Positions 27,840 to 39,124 of a stretch of 64,000 bases of DNA are shown here, one piece after another. Position numbers and translations under genes: made by a program. This DNA comes from an uncultured Actinomycetota bacterium (GTDB taxonomy: Bacteria; Actinomycetota; Actinomycetes; JAHEKZ01): the NCBI GenBank assembly GCA_963829525.1, contig CAWHIJ010000003.1, positions 96,001-160,000 on the forward strand, in the 5' to 3' direction. The notes beneath the pieces were generated by a model. It was not told the DNA's origin and did no database searches. It saw nothing but the letters and a program-made list of their open reading frames with translations. Positions within the stretch are counted from its first letter, which is position 1. Each line of letters opens with the position of its first letter.

Positions 27840-29093
27840 TCACGTGACGTGGTCCCGCGCAGCGCGCAGGGCGAGATGAGCTTCGGACGCAACGAGGTCT
27901 CGCAGGCGCCCCATCGCCTCCCACACCTCGGTGAACGACGTCGTGAGTGGTGCGGGGGCCAGCCTGAGCAGGTTCGGTGGTCGCGCATCACCCACGACGC
28001 CGGCAGCTGCGGCTGCGCGACTGATCCGGTAAGCCTCGTCATGGGACAGAACAACGTGACCACCGCGACGTTGCGCATCGCGCGTCGACGCAACCGAGAA
28101 ACCCAGGGGAACGAGCCAGGAGTCGGTCAGGTCAATCAAGTACTGGGTGAGGCGCATCGACTTCTCCCGCAGCCGGTGCACGCCGGCTTCCGCCAGCAGA
28201 CCGGCGCTCTCCTCCGCAGCCACGAGCCCCGGGATCGGGGGCGTTCCGGTCTGCCAACGCCCGATACCGGTGGCTGGTGTGTACGGGGCATCCATGTCGA
28301 AGGGGTCTGCCGCACTCCACCAACCCTGGATCGGGTTGGCAAGCCGGTCCTGAAGGTCGCGACGCACGTACAGAAATGCCGGGGCACCAGGACCGGCGTT
28401 GAGGTACTTATACGTACACCCGACAGCGAAATCTGCGCCGATCGCATCAAGGTCGATCGGCACCGATCCAATCGAGTGGGCCAGGTCCCACAGAACGAGG
28501 GCGCCAGCGCGGTGCGCCTGCTCGGTGAGAGCAACGACGTCGTTGATCGCCGCCGACCTGTAGTCGACGTGGGAGAAGGCAACCATGGCAACATCGTCCG
28601 CGAGGTAGGTGTGGACGTTGTCCGGGTTGACGCCGACGAGCGGATCGGTCGGCACCAGACGCAGCTGACCCTTGCGGCGCTCAGCCACCCCCTGCAGCAC
28701 ATAGCGGTCGCTCGGGAAGTTTCCGGTGTCGGTGACCAGCACCTTGCGGCCAGGCTGCGCCTCGAGTGCGGCGGCCGCGAGCTTGTAGAGGTTGACCGAG
28801 ATCGAGTCGCAGACAACCACCTGCCCCGCCGCTGCCCCGATCAGATCCCCGATCCGGTCACCGACATCCAGCGGCAGGGAATCCCAGTGCTGCCAACCCC
28901 GCACTAGCTCGCGCCCCCACTCCTCATCGATGAGCCGATGCATGCGCTCCCGAGTCGCATGCGGCAGCATGCCGAGGCTGTTGCCATCGAGATAGATCAG
29001 GTCGTCGTCAGGTCGGTAGAACTGGTCTCGGAATACCGCGAGCTCGTCGGCTGCGTCCAACTTCAGTGCCCGGTCACGGGTCAGGTCGGTCAC
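27840..29093 (-). CDS. kynU: Kynureninase
   Basis: IYLDGNSLG, NFPSDRY, WDLAHSIG, GCTYKYLNAGPG. Confidence 0.95.
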   Translation of the reverse strand: MTDLTRDRALKLDAADELAVFRDQFYRPDDDLIYLDGNSLGMLPHATRERMHRLIDEEWGRELVRGWQHWDSLPLDVGDRIGDLIGAAAGQVVVCDSISVNLYKLAAAALEAQPGRKVLVTDTGNFPSDRYVLQGVAERRKGQLRLVPTDPLVGVNPDNVHTYLADDVAMVAFSHVDYRSAAINDVVALTEQAHRAGALVLWDLAHSIGSVPIDLDAIGADFAVGCTYKYLNAGPGAPAFLYVRRDLQDRLANPIQGWWSAADPFDMDAPYTPATGIGRWQTGTPPIPGLVAAEESAGLLAEAGVHRLREKSMRLTQYLIDLTDSWLVPLGFSVASTRDAQRRGGHVVLSHDEAYRISRAAAAAGVVGDARPPNLLRLAPAPLTTSFTEVWEAMGRLRDLVASEAHLALRAARDHVT

Positions 29094-29096
29094 TGG

Positions 29097-29915
29097 CTAC
29101 AGCCTGGTGTGAGCTGGATCATCGGAGAGCCGCTGTGCGAAGTAGACCGGGATGATCGAGATGATGATGACAAGCGCGGCAACCACGTTCACGAGCGGTG
29201 CGACGTTGGGACGCGACAGGTTGTTGAATATCCAGATGGGGAGAGTCTCGATGCCGGCACCCGCGGTGAGCTGGGTGACGATGATTTCATCAAAGGAAAG
29301 GCCAAACGCGAGTAATGCGCCGGCCAGCAGGGCTGAGCGTATCTGGGGGAACGTCACCATGCGGAAGGTCTGAAAGGTTGAGGCACCGAGATCCATCGAT
29401 GCCTCCTCCATGCTCTGTCCCGTCCGGCGAAGACGCGCGACGACATTGTTGAAGATCACCACGATGCAGAACGTCGTGTGGCCGATCGCCACCGTCCAGA
29501 AGCCCAGCTGAATTTGGAATCCATCGGTGCTGAGCACATTGATGAAGGCGTTCTGAAGCGCCACACCGGTGACGATGCCTGGCAACGCGATCGGCAGGAC
29601 GAAGAGGAATGAGATCGAGGTTCGCCCGAACCACGTGTACCTGGCAACGGCGAACGAGATCATGGTGCCCAGAGTCAGTGCCACCACCGTGGCCAGTGAC
29701 GCCACCTTGAGCGACTCGATGATGGCGTTACGGATGCCCTCGTTGTCCACCGCCGAGGTCCACCAGTGGGTGGTGTACGACGTCGGAGGCCACGAGAAGA
29801 TGCGGCTCGTGTTGAACGAGTTGATCAGCACCAGCAACAGCGGCACATACAGAAAGCCGAGCACGATGATCAGAGATACGCGCAGAATCCAGCGCGCGCC
29901 GGGCGAGAGTGTCAT
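29097..29915 (-). CDS. ABC transporter permease, PotC-like
   Basis: FLYVPL, EEASMDLGA EAA loop, LSFDEI. Confidence 0.92.
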   Translation of the reverse strand: MTLSPGARWILRVSLIIVLGFLYVPLLLVLINSFNTSRIFSWPPTSYTTHWWTSAVDNEGIRNAIIESLKVASLATVVALTLGTMISFAVARYTWFGRTSISFLFVLPIALPGIVTGVALQNAFINVLSTDGFQIQLGFWTVAIGHTTFCIVVIFNNVVARLRRTGQSMEEASMDLGASTFQTFRMVTFPQIRSALLAGALLAFGLSFDEIIVTQLTAGAGIETLPIWIFNNLSRPNVAPLVNVVAALVIIISIIPVYFAQRLSDDPAHTRL

Positions 29916-29919
29916 CTGA

Positions 29920-30834
29920 TCAGAGCTCCCTCAACGCGCCGGTACGTGACACGAGGAGCATGTAGATCGTGATGGTCAACACGGAGATGAGGGCAAGCGC
30001 TGCTCCCAGCGGCGTGTTTCCACCGCCCGCGATGTTGTTGTAGATCTGGTTCCCCGTCACCGTGAAGTTCGGGGCTACCAGTCGTACTGCGATGTAGTCA
30101 CCGAGCGACAGTGAGAACGTGAAGATCGAGCCGGCCGCGATCCCGGGCAAGACGATCGGGAAGACCACCGACCGGAAGGTTCGCCATGACTTGCCGCCGA
30201 GGTCACCGGATGCCTCAAGGAGAGAGTTCGGAAGCCGATCAAGCGAAGCGTAGATCGGCAAGATCATGTATGGCAGCCATAAGTAGGTCAGCGTGATGAT
30301 GACGGCGATCTGACCGAAGCCGGGGCCGCTGAGCCCAAGAGGCTTCAAGGCCCAGTCCAGCACGCCGTTCTCGCCAAGGATGCCGCGCCACGCATACGCC
30401 TTGACCAAATAGGAGGCCCAGAGCGGGACCAAAAAGGCGACGATGAGCAGTCGGCGCCCTCGTGGCTTCGCCACCTTTGCTGCGTAGAACGCGACGGGGA
30501 GGGCAAGGACCAGACACAGCAAGGTCACCGATGATGCGATCACGAGGGTGCGCACCCCGACGGTCCGGTACGCCGGGTTGGTGAATGCTTCCTTTACGTT
30601 GTCTGTGGTGAACTGACGAACGAGCTGGCTGGTGAAGGGGTCCTGCTGCCAGAACGCTGCGGCAAAGAGCAGCGCCAGCGACGCCAGGTAGATCACCACC
30701 AGCCACAACAGCGGTGCCGACAGCAACGCCGCCAGCCGAGTATGGGGGTGCCGGTGGAGGAACGCTGACGGCCGGTGGGACAGCCCCGTCTTTTGGGGCC
30801 GTTCACCGACGGTAGATTCAGCGGTAGTCATCAT
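29920..30834 (-). CDS. ABC transporter permease, PotB-like
   Basis: PLWASYLVKAYAW, LPYMILPIY, EASGDLGG. Confidence 0.92.
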   Translation of the reverse strand: MMTTAESTVGERPQKTGLSHRPSAFLHRHPHTRLAALLSAPLLWLVVIYLASLALLFAAAFWQQDPFTSQLVRQFTTDNVKEAFTNPAYRTVGVRTLVIASSVTLLCLVLALPVAFYAAKVAKPRGRRLLIVAFLVPLWASYLVKAYAWRGILGENGVLDWALKPLGLSGPGFGQIAVIITLTYLWLPYMILPIYASLDRLPNSLLEASGDLGGKSWRTFRSVVFPIVLPGIAAGSIFTFSLSLGDYIAVRLVAPNFTVTGNQIYNNIAGGGNTPLGAALALISVLTITIYMLLVSRTGALREL

Positions 30835-30855
30835 GAGCTGTCAGACCTCACGGTC

Positions 30856-30893
30856 TCGGGTGTGGGTGAGGCCGGAGCCCCACCCACACCCGA
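30856..30893 (-). other. Intercistronic stem-loop after the substrate-binding protein gene (mRNA stabiliser or partial terminator)
   Basis: TCGGGTGTGGGTG...CACCCACACCCGA, 13-bp perfect arms. Confidence 0.75.
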
Positions 30894-30907
30894 CTGCAAA
30901 CCCGTGC

Positions 30908-32119
30908 TCAGCCTGCTCGAACCTCGTCCCAGGCCGTCTTCCATTCTGCGTAGCTGGTGCATGTGACGTCACGCCCATCAGCGCAGTCCGGAGTTGGCGT
31001 CTCCCAGTAGTAGACGTTCTCCCAGTACGCCGCATCATTTGCGTGGTAGGTATCGCAGTGGTTCTTGTCCGAGGTCAGCGCACAGGCCTTCTCATTGGCC
31101 GGGGCTTCACCAAACCACTCCGCCACCTGCGCCTGAGGTTCCGGCGACGTGATGTAGTTGACCCACGCGTACGCACAGTTCACGTTCGGCGAGTCGTGCG
31201 CCACCATCCAGGTGTCTGACCAGCCGGTCGAACCCTCACTCGGCAGAAACGCTTTGACCGGTGTGCCCTGGTCAGCGACATAGTTGGCGTTGTACTGCCA
31301 AGTGGTCCCGAGGTAGATGCGCTCCTTGGTGAAGGACTCGATCGAGGCAAATGCATCGCTCCAGTACTCGCCAATGTTCGGCGCCTGCTGCATGAGCAGC
31401 TCTTTGGCAGCGGCCAACTGATCCTGATCCAGCGCATACGGGTTCTCGATGCCGAGATCGGGCTGTGTCGACTTCAGGTACAGCGCAGCATCAGCGATGA
31501 AGATGGGGTTGTCATAGGCGGTGATGTAGCCGGCGTAGGGACTGTCTGCCTCCCATGTGGGCGCCCACGACGTCGGAGCCGGCTTGACCTTGTCGGTGTT
31601 GTACATCAGAAGGTTCGCTCCGCGGCCGTGCGGAACGCCGTAGGCGACGCCGTCGACGGAGTTCCACGGCTTGTCCTTCAGGTCGTCGAAGATGTCGTCG
31701 TAGGTGGTCGACAGGTCAAGATTGAACGGGTCGACCAGCCCCGCGTAGATCAGGCGACGAGAGGCGTCTCCCGAAGCTGACACCACGTCGTACTGCTTCG
31801 TTCCCATTTGCTTGAAGGACTCATCTGAGGTGCCGAACGTGGTGACGGTGACGTCGCAGCCACTGTCTTGCTCGAACGGGGTCACCCAGTCCGTGTTCTT
31901 GTAGGCGGTGCCATCTTCTGCGTAGCCAGGCCAGGCGAGTACCCGAAGCTGCCCTTCGTTGGCCCCCAACTCTTGCAGCGCCGTGTAGTCCGGCGGCGTC
32001 GCCCCCGAGCTGCCCGAACCACCGTTATCGTCGCTGCCGCATGCGGCCAGTACCAGCGAAGCAGACGCGACGAGCGCACCTACCGCCAACAGACGCTTTC
32101 TCTGCACCGGATCCTCCAT
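30908..32119 (-). CDS. ABC transporter substrate-binding lipoprotein, PotD/YdcS-like
   Basis: Lipobox LAACG; LAWPGYAE, SASGDAS, EGSTGWSDTW. Confidence 0.92.
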   Translation of the reverse strand: MEDPVQRKRLLAVGALVASASLVLAACGSDDNGGSGSSGATPPDYTALQELGANEGQLRVLAWPGYAEDGTAYKNTDWVTPFEQDSGCDVTVTTFGTSDESFKQMGTKQYDVVSASGDASRRLIYAGLVDPFNLDLSTTYDDIFDDLKDKPWNSVDGVAYGVPHGRGANLLMYNTDKVKPAPTSWAPTWEADSPYAGYITAYDNPIFIADAALYLKSTQPDLGIENPYALDQDQLAAAKELLMQQAPNIGEYWSDAFASIESFTKERIYLGTTWQYNANYVADQGTPVKAFLPSEGSTGWSDTWMVAHDSPNVNCAYAWVNYITSPEPQAQVAEWFGEAPANEKACALTSDKNHCDTYHANDAAYWENVYYWETPTPDCADGRDVTCTSYAEWKTAWDEVRAG

Positions 32120-32186
32120 CCATCTTCGGAAAACACCGAGAGCCGGCGGCCCACGGAATCCTGACTATTGAGTTGTCACGCGCGGT

Positions 32187-33254
32187 CTAACCCACCGCGG
32201 TCTCGTGCTCACGCCGCCAGATCAGTTGCACCTGCCGTCCACGCATGCTCAGGACATCCATGGACGAGGTCTGCAGGTTCTGCTGAAGGGCGACGAGGTA
32301 TCCCCCAGCTTCGAGGTCAACGACGAATCGTGTGGCGGCACCCACGTACACCACTTCACGGACGACCCCTGCGGCCGCGTGTTCGCCTGCCCCAGGCTCC
32401 TCGAGCGTGTTGCCGATCCGAATCTTCTCCGGGCGGATGCTGAATACTCCCGCGTTGCCGAGCACCTGCTCAGCTGCGGTTCCTTGGAGCAGGTTCGAGG
32501 TGCCGACGAAGCCGGCGACGAAGGGCGTGAGGGGACGCTCGTAGACATCAGCGGGGGTGCCCACCTGCTCGATGCGCCCGGCGTTGAAGACCGCAATCCG
32601 GTCAGACATCGTCAGCGCTTCTTCCTGGTCGTGCGTCACGAAGATGAAGGTGATCCCCACCTGCCGCTGCAGCTGCTTGAGCTCTACCTGCATTTGCTCA
32701 CGAAGCTTCAGATCGAGAGCCCCGAGGGGCTCATCAAGCAGCAGAACGCTCGGGCGGTTGACCAAAGCCCGAGCGAGGGCTACGCGCTGTCGCTGCCCGC
32801 CAGACATTTGAGCTGGCTTACGATCCTCAAAGCCAGCAAGCTGGACACTGGCGAGCGCTTCAAGAGCCCGCCGGTGCCTTTCGGCCCTGGGCACCTTCTT
32901 GACACGAAGCCCATACTCGACGTTTTGCACGACCGACATGTGAGGAAAGAGGGCATAGTCCTGGAAGACGGTGTTGACGTCCCTCTCGAAGGGGGCCCGC
33001 TTGGTGACGTCCTGGCCGTTGAGCTCAACGCTGCCACCGGTCGGCAGCTCGAAGCCGGCAATCATCCTGAGCACGGTCGTCTTCCCGGAGCCAGAAGGTC
33101 CCAGAAGCGTCAAGAACTCCCCGTCGTAGATGTCGAGATCCACGCCGTCAACCGCGACGACATCGCCGAAGTGTTTGCTCAGGCCGCGCAGAGTCACGGC
33201 CACAGCTGCGACGTCAACCGCGACGACGGGGGAAACCTGAGTGGCTTCCGGCAT
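32187..33254 (-). CDS. ABC transporter ATP-binding protein, PotA-like with TOBE tail
   Basis: GPSGSGKT, NTVFQDYALFPH, MSGGQRQRVALARA, LDEPLGALD. Confidence 0.95.
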   Translation of the reverse strand: MPEATQVSPVVAVDVAAVAVTLRGLSKHFGDVVAVDGVDLDIYDGEFLTLLGPSGSGKTTVLRMIAGFELPTGGSVELNGQDVTKRAPFERDVNTVFQDYALFPHMSVVQNVEYGLRVKKVPRAERHRRALEALASVQLAGFEDRKPAQMSGGQRQRVALARALVNRPSVLLLDEPLGALDLKLREQMQVELKQLQRQVGITFIFVTHDQEEALTMSDRIAVFNAGRIEQVGTPADVYERPLTPFVAGFVGTSNLLQGTAAEQVLGNAGVFSIRPEKIRIGNTLEEPGAGEHAAAGVVREVVYVGAATRFVVDLEAGGYLVALQQNLQTSSMDVLSMRGRQVQLIWRREHETAVG

Positions 33255-33454
33255 GAATATCGATCTCCCAGTGGACTCAGGCGCACACTACGTCCCCGGC
33301 GATGCCTGCGACAGAAGCACGACTATGCCGGACACGAATTGTTATCACACCGTCACGGCGAGCGACCTTAGGGCTGCTCCCCGTCACGCTCCGCATGCTT
33401 GTGGCCCAAATACCGGCTCGGACACTTCGAACTGGCGCCGCCGTCCCGGAGTGC

Positions 33455-34216
33455 CTACAGCAGGGGGAGGTAGGGCGCTAGGTCCGTCCGGAGGCCGGAC
33501 GCCTGGACACCGCCGGCGGCAACCGCCGACTGCCACGAGACGCGGCCAGCCGTAAGGCGACAGAAGGTGAGGGGGTCCATCTCGACAACGGCAGACGGTG
33601 TTCCGCGAGTGTGCTGTGGGCCCTCGATGCACTGCACCGCAGCGAATGGTGGGATGCGAACCTCAACGCTGCGCCCCGGTGCTCGCCAGCTGAGCACGTC
33701 AGCCAGCGCCCGCGTTGAGACCTGGAGGCACGGTCGTGACGCCGGCGGGCCCTCGCCGTCGACCGAACGGCTCAGATCGTCGCTGTGCACTGTCAGCTCG
33801 ATGCAACGAGTGCGAAGGAAGTCGACCCATCGAATGGGACCGCGCCTGGCCGCAACGACCGGGTTGCCTTCGACACTTGCGATCGCCTGCTCGGCCGCTG
33901 CTGCAATGGCGTCCACCGCAAAGAGAAAGCCATCCGCGGACGCAGCGGCTCGTGTTCGCTCATCGATGGCAGCAGCACCATCGGCATAGGTGGCAATGTA
34001 GTCGCCGAGTCGGAGGGGTCTTTCCTCACTCAGCACATCAGCAGCCGCCCGGATCGAGTCGGCGACCAGACCGAAATGCGCGACGAGATCACGCAGTGTC
34101 CACCCATCAATCGCACTCGCCGTCGACCAGTCTTCGATCCCGTCACACCAATCGCGCGTCAGCGACCACTGTTCGAGGTACGCCGCGGCGACCTTGCCGC
34201 CGTCGATCCCGGCCAC
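33455..34216 (-). CDS. Maleylpyruvate isomerase (DinB-like) N-domain plus bacterial sterol-carrier-like C-domain protein
   Basis: GWTLRDLVAH, ELTVHSDDL; APGRSVEVRIPPFAAVQCIEGPQHTRGTP; directly downstream of purL. Confidence 0.85.
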   Translation of the reverse strand: MAGIDGGKVAAAYLEQWSLTRDWCDGIEDWSTASAIDGWTLRDLVAHFGLVADSIRAAADVLSEERPLRLGDYIATYADGAAAIDERTRAAASADGFLFAVDAIAAAAEQAIASVEGNPVVAARRGPIRWVDFLRTRCIELTVHSDDLSRSVDGEGPPASRPCLQVSTRALADVLSWRAPGRSVEVRIPPFAAVQCIEGPQHTRGTPSAVVEMDPLTFCRLTAGRVSWQSAVAAGGVQASGLRTDLAPYLPLL

Positions 34217-36489
34217 TAGTCGAACAGCGCGGGGAAGGTTCCCTCGCTGGTCGCGCGCATCTCGTCGATTGGCAAGGTGAAGAGCCCCTGCACCTCAAGC
34301 CCGCCGATCTCAGAGTCGACCACGCCTATCCGCGCTGCGGGAACACCTCGCGCAGTGCACATGTCGGTGAACCGAACCTCTTCGCTCCGCGGGACGACGA
34401 AGACGATCCGTCCGGCGGACTCGGAGAAGAGAGCCACAAAGGGATCGATGCCGTCCGGCAGGAAGACGCGAGCGCCCTTGCCAGAACGCAGCGCCATCTC
34501 AGCGAGCGAAATGGCCAGCCCACCGACGGAGACATCGTGTGCGGCGGTGAGCAGGCCATCACGGGATGCGGCGACGGCGATCTCGGCGATCTTGCGCTCC
34601 CGGTTGAGGTCGACCTTCGGGGGCAGGCCACCGAGGTGGTCCTGCAGGTGGGCCCACTCCGAGCCGCCGAACTCGTCGGCCGTCTCACCCAGCAGCCAGA
34701 TGGAGTCGCCATCGGCGTCCCAAGCCAGCGGTGTGCGGCGCGCGACGTCGTCGATCACTCCGAGGACGCCGATGACCGGCGTGGGCAGGATCGCCGTTTC
34801 ACCGGTCTGGTTGTAGAAGCTCACGTTTCCACCGGTGACCGGCACCCCGAGCTGCAGGCAGGCATCAGCGAGACCGCGCGTGGTCTCGGCGAACTGCCAC
34901 ATGACGTCGGTGTCTTCAGGTGAACCGAAGTTGAGGCAGTTGGTGACGGCCAGTGGCTTGGCGCCCGTCGTTGCCACATTGCGATACGCCTCGGCCAAAG
35001 CCAGCTGCGCGCCGGTGTACGGGTCGAGCTTTCCGTACCGTCCGTTGCCGTCGGTACTGACGGCAACACCGAGACCATCGTCATTGATGCGCACGATGCC
35101 GGAGTCCTCCGGCTGCGCGAGCACGGTGTTTCCGAGCACGTAGCGGTCGTACTGATCGGTGACCCATGACTTCGATGCCAGATTGGGGCTGCCAAGGAGT
35201 GAAAGGAAAGTCTCGCGCAGCTCGGCACCGGACGACGGGCGTGCCAACGATGTAGGCACGTCCGCCTGCAGGGCGTCCTGCCAGGTCGGACGCGCATACG
35301 GCCGTTCGTAGACCGGCCCGTCGTGCGCCACGGTCTTCGGCGGCACATCGACGATCTGGTCTCCGTGCCATTCGATCGTCAGCCGCCCGGAGTCGTTCAC
35401 CTCACCGATGACAACCGCCTCGACGTCCCACTTGCGACAGACGGCCATGAACGCCACGAGCTTGTCTGGCGCGACTACCGCGCACATGCGCTCCTGCGAC
35501 TCGCTCATGAGGATCTCCTCAGGCGCGAGCGTGGAGTCGCGCAGCGGTACGCGGTCGAGCCAGACGTGCATGCCGCTGTCACCGTTGGACGCCATCTCAG
35601 ACGTTGCACACGAGATGCCGGCACCACCGAGGTCTTGGATACCGATGACGAGCTGCTGCTCAAAGAGCTCTTGGCAAGCCTCGATCAGCACCTTCTCGGC
35701 GAACGGGTCACCTACCTGCACGCTGGGTCGCTTGCTGGGGCCTCCGCTGCCATCGCTGTCGTCAAACGTCTCGGACGCGAGCACGCTGACGCCACCGATA
35801 CCGTCACCACCGGTCTTGGCCCCGAAGAGGATCACGTGGTTGCCGGCGCCGGTGGCCGCTGAGAGCTGGATGCGGTCGTGCGGTACGACGCCGACACAGA
35901 GCGCGTTGACGAGCGGGTTACCGATGTAGGTGGGGTCGAAGACAACCTCGCCGCCGATGTTCGGCAAGCCCAGGCAGTTTCCGTATCCCCCGATGCCTGC
36001 AACGATTCCAGGGAGGACGCGGTGCGTGTCAGGTGCGTCGGCCGGGCCAAAGCGCAGGGGATCCATCACCGCGACGGGTCGAGCGCCCATCGTCAAGATG
36101 TCGCGCACGATTCCGCCGATGCCCGTGGCTGCACCTTGATACGGCTCGACGTACGACGGGTGGTTGTGAGACTCGATCTTGAATGTCACTGCAAGGCCGT
36201 CGCCGACGTCGACGACGCCGGCGTTCTCGCCCATTCCGACCAACAGGATGTCCTCTGCTTCGGCAGGAACCTTCTCGCCGAACTGACGCAGGTGCACCTT
36301 GCTCGACTTGTACGAGCAGTGCTCACTCCACATGACCGAGTACATCGCCAGCTCGCTGCTGGTGGGACGGCGTCCGAGGTGCTCGCGGATCTGCTGGTAC
36401 TCGTCGCTCCCCAGGCCGAGGTCAGCGTAGGGCTGTTCGGCATCGGGAGTCGACTCGGCGTCTTTGACCGTGTCGACGTGCCGCGTCAT
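34216..36489 (-). CDS. purL: FGAM synthase subunit PurL
   Basis: [42 protein letters not shown]. Confidence 0.98.
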   Translation of the reverse strand: MTRHVDTVKDAESTPDAEQPYADLGLGSDEYQQIREHLGRRPTSSELAMYSVMWSEHCSYKSSKVHLRQFGEKVPAEAEDILLVGMGENAGVVDVGDGLAVTFKIESHNHPSYVEPYQGAATGIGGIVRDILTMGARPVAVMDPLRFGPADAPDTHRVLPGIVAGIGGYGNCLGLPNIGGEVVFDPTYIGNPLVNALCVGVVPHDRIQLSAATGAGNHVILFGAKTGGDGIGGVSVLASETFDDSDGSGGPSKRPSVQVGDPFAEKVLIEACQELFEQQLVIGIQDLGGAGISCATSEMASNGDSGMHVWLDRVPLRDSTLAPEEILMSESQERMCAVVAPDKLVAFMAVCRKWDVEAVVIGEVNDSGRLTIEWHGDQIVDVPPKTVAHDGPVYERPYARPTWQDALQADVPTSLARPSSGAELRETFLSLLGSPNLASKSWVTDQYDRYVLGNTVLAQPEDSGIVRINDDGLGVAVSTDGNGRYGKLDPYTGAQLALAEAYRNVATTGAKPLAVTNCLNFGSPEDTDVMWQFAETTRGLADACLQLGVPVTGGNVSFYNQTGETAILPTPVIGVLGVIDDVARRTPLAWDADGDSIWLLGETADEFGGSEWAHLQDHLGGLPPKVDLNRERKIAEIAVAASRDGLLTAAHDVSVGGLAISLAEMALRSGKGARVFLPDGIDPFVALFSESAGRIVFVVPRSEEVRFTDMCTARGVPAARIGVVDSEIGGLEVQGLFTLPIDEMRATSEGTFPALFD

Positions 36490-37164
36490 GCGTCCACCAG
36501 CTGGCTGATCACGGAGGAGAAGAACCCAAGTCCGTCCAGCGAAGGGCCGGTGAGCCGCTCAACAGCGTGTTCGGGGTGAGGCATTAGACCCACCACGTTG
36601 CCGCGGTCGTTGGTGATGCCGGCGATGTCGCGGTAGGAGCCGTTCGGGTTGTCGTGCAGGTAGCGGAACACCACCCGACCCTCACCCTCGAGCTCATCGA
36701 GCGTGCGCTGGTCGGCGACGAACCCGCCCTCGCCGTTCTTCAGCGGGATGAGGATCTCTTGGCCCTCGTCGTAGTCCGACGTCCACGCGGTGTTCGCACT
36801 CTCGACGCGCAGCCACTGGTCGCGGCAGACGAACTTGCGGACGTCGTTGCGGATCAGCGCCCCTGGGAGCAGATGCGACTCACACAGCACCTGGAACCCG
36901 TTGCAGATACCGAGTACCGGCATCCCGCCGCGGGCGGCATCGATCACGGTCTGCATCACGGGGGCGAAGCGGGCGATGGCCCCGCACCGTAGGTAGTCGC
37001 CGTACGAGAACCCACCTGGAAGAACGACGGCGTCCACCCCTTTGAGGACGGCGTCACCGTGCCAGAGCGAGACAGATTCGGCACCTGCAATTCGCACAGC
37101 GCGCGCGGCATCCTGGTCGTCGAGCGAACCCGGGAAAGGTGACGACGCCGATCCGCGCCGACAT
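36486..37164 (-). CDS. purQ: FGAM synthase glutaminase subunit PurQ, with a one-base insertion near 37136
   Basis: [12 protein letters not shown] from ATG 37164 is out of frame with SLDDQDA...[23 protein letters not shown]; removing one T restores the frame. Confidence 0.93.
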
Positions 37165-37403
37165 CAGTGCTCCTCGACGCGGATCGTGTAGTCCTCAATG
37201 ACGGTGTTCGCCAGCAGAGTGCTAGCGATCTCGTCGAGGGCGGCGGCGTCAGGTGCTGCGTCGAGAACGATCTCGAAGCGCTTGCCCTGACGGACGCTGG
37301 CGATGTCGGAGTGTCCGAGGCGGGTGAGCGCCCCCAGGACGGCCTGACCTTGGGGGTCGAGGATCTCCGGCTTGAGCATGACGTCGACGACGACGCGAGC
37401 CAC
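37164..37403 (-). CDS. purS: FGAM synthase subunit PurS
   Basis: VVVDVMLKPEILDPQG...VRQGKRFE...LLANTVIEDY. Confidence 0.96.
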   Translation of the reverse strand: MARVVVDVMLKPEILDPQGQAVLGALTRLGHSDIASVRQGKRFEIVLDAAPDAAALDEIASTLLANTVIEDYTIRVEEH

Positions 37404-37569
37404 GGGCTTCTCCGGCTGCTCGAGGGGCGGGGCAGGACCCCGGCGGGTTGATGCCACCAGTCTATCGACGGAGCCTGCGGGCTTCCGAAGCGCCTCAGCG
37501 GCGGGTCGAGATGAGAGGTGCATGAACTCACAGCCCCGGGCTCGGGTCAGAGCTCATGCAACGCTCACA

Positions 37570-38093
37570 TCAACCGGACGACGGCAGGTCCGATACCCCG
37601 CTCTGACGAGCGATCTCGCTCCGGACCAGATGAGGGCCGAGCCACGCCGCGACGACGGCAGACGCAAGGACGGGAGCCGCCACCATCACCGCCAGAACCT
37701 CTCCCAGTCCCCAGGAGAGTCGAACGCTTCTGTCGACCAGCTGAACCACAGGTAGGCCACGAGCTGAACACTGGCGGCGATCGCGACCGCCCACCACCGG
37801 AGGCGAGGCATGGGCGGCAGCGACTCGACGTCTCTCCTACTGACCAGCCAGGCAAAGATCGCTGCGGCCAAGACACCTGCGGGGAAGGACACGATCAGCC
37901 CCAGCCCCACGCCCAAGACCGCCGCGAACTCGCCGGTGCCCGCGACGAACCGCCCCTCCGCCAAGAAGAAATCGTCCGGCCCTGCATCGGTGACGTACCC
38001 GAGGACGAAGCCCAGCACCGCTCCGAGCACCAGGCAGAAACTCAGTGACCAGGCCGAGCCAATGCCCCACATCCGCATGCCTGAGAGTCTCAT
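37570..38093 (-). CDS. Hypothetical membrane protein, frameshifted near 37705
   Basis: Hydrophobic segments continue across two reading frames. Confidence 0.5.
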
Positions 38094-38098
38094 GCTCG

Positions 38099-39070
38099 TC
38101 AGGCCGGCGGGTTGGCTTGCCATGCCTCCCAGGCGCTCGTCACCATGGCGGCCAGGTCGAGGCTGCCGTCGACCACCGAGGTCGGCGCGGATCTTGTCGG
38201 CGGACGCCACCAGCCGCGCCGGGTCTCCCGCCCGGCGGTGCGACCAGGTCATGGGTGAACTCGATGCCGGTGGCGGCACGCACGGCGTCCATGACCTCGA
38301 TCACCGAGACGCCTTCGCCGCGTCCGACGTTGTAGATCTCTGACGCCGGCGCCCTGCTCGAGGCGCTTGACAGACGCGACGTGGGCATCGGCGAGGTCGG
38401 TGACGTGGATGTAGTCGCGGATGCACGAGCCGTCCGGCGTCGGGTAGTCAGAGCCGAAGACCTGCGGGTTCTTGCCCGTGGACAGCGCGCGGAACACCAT
38501 CGGGATCAGGTTGAAGACGCCGGTGTCACCGAGGTCTGGCCCGCCGGCCCCGGCAACGTTGAAGTAGCGCAGCGAGACCCAGTCGAGGCCGATGGCAGTG
38601 GCGACGTCCCTCATCAGCCACTCACCGATCAGCTTGGTCTCGCCGTAGGGGTTTATCGGCTGACAGATGTAGTCCTCGGTGAGCGGGTCATCGCTGTCGG
38701 GCATGCCGAAGGTGGCAGCCGACGAGCTGTAGACCATCTTCTTGACGCCGGTGGCGTCCATCGCCTCGAGCAGGCTCAGCAGACCGTCGACGTTCTCGCG
38801 GTAGTAGTAGAGCGGGCGCTCGACGGACTCACCGACTGCCTTCTTGGCCGCCATGTGGACGACCCCTGTCACGTCGTGCTCACGAATCGCCTTCTCGACG
38901 GCGGGGGCGTCCAGCACTGACGACTCGACCAGGGGGACGTCTGACGGAACCTTGCGGGCCTCACCGGTCGACAGGTCATCGAAGGCGACGACTCCGTGGC
39001 CGGACTCCTTGAGCGACTTCACGATGTGGGCGCCGATATAGCCGGCTCCGCCGGTCACCATCCATGTCAT
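38099..39070 (-). CDS. galE: UDP-glucose 4-epimerase, frameshifted in the 3' quarter
   Basis: VTGGAGYIG, NPYGETK, LRYFN, CIRDYIHV; IYNVG, RRAGDPA and SAWEAW lie in other frames. Confidence 0.9.
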
Positions 39071-39124
39071 GCAGCCAGGGTACGGGCTCACCCTCGACCG
39101 CGAGGACGAACGATCAATCGGTCC

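Noticed and set aside
37125-37145. Programmed +1 frameshift in purQ at ACC TTT CCC GGG
   Set aside because: One extra base in a homopolymer at the edge of an indel-rich zone; I know of no recoding in purQ, so sequencing error is simpler
37404-37570. ZTP or purine riboswitch upstream of purS
   Set aside because: No GACTGGCG...GGGGAGC...CGCCTGGG pattern or purine aptamer core found
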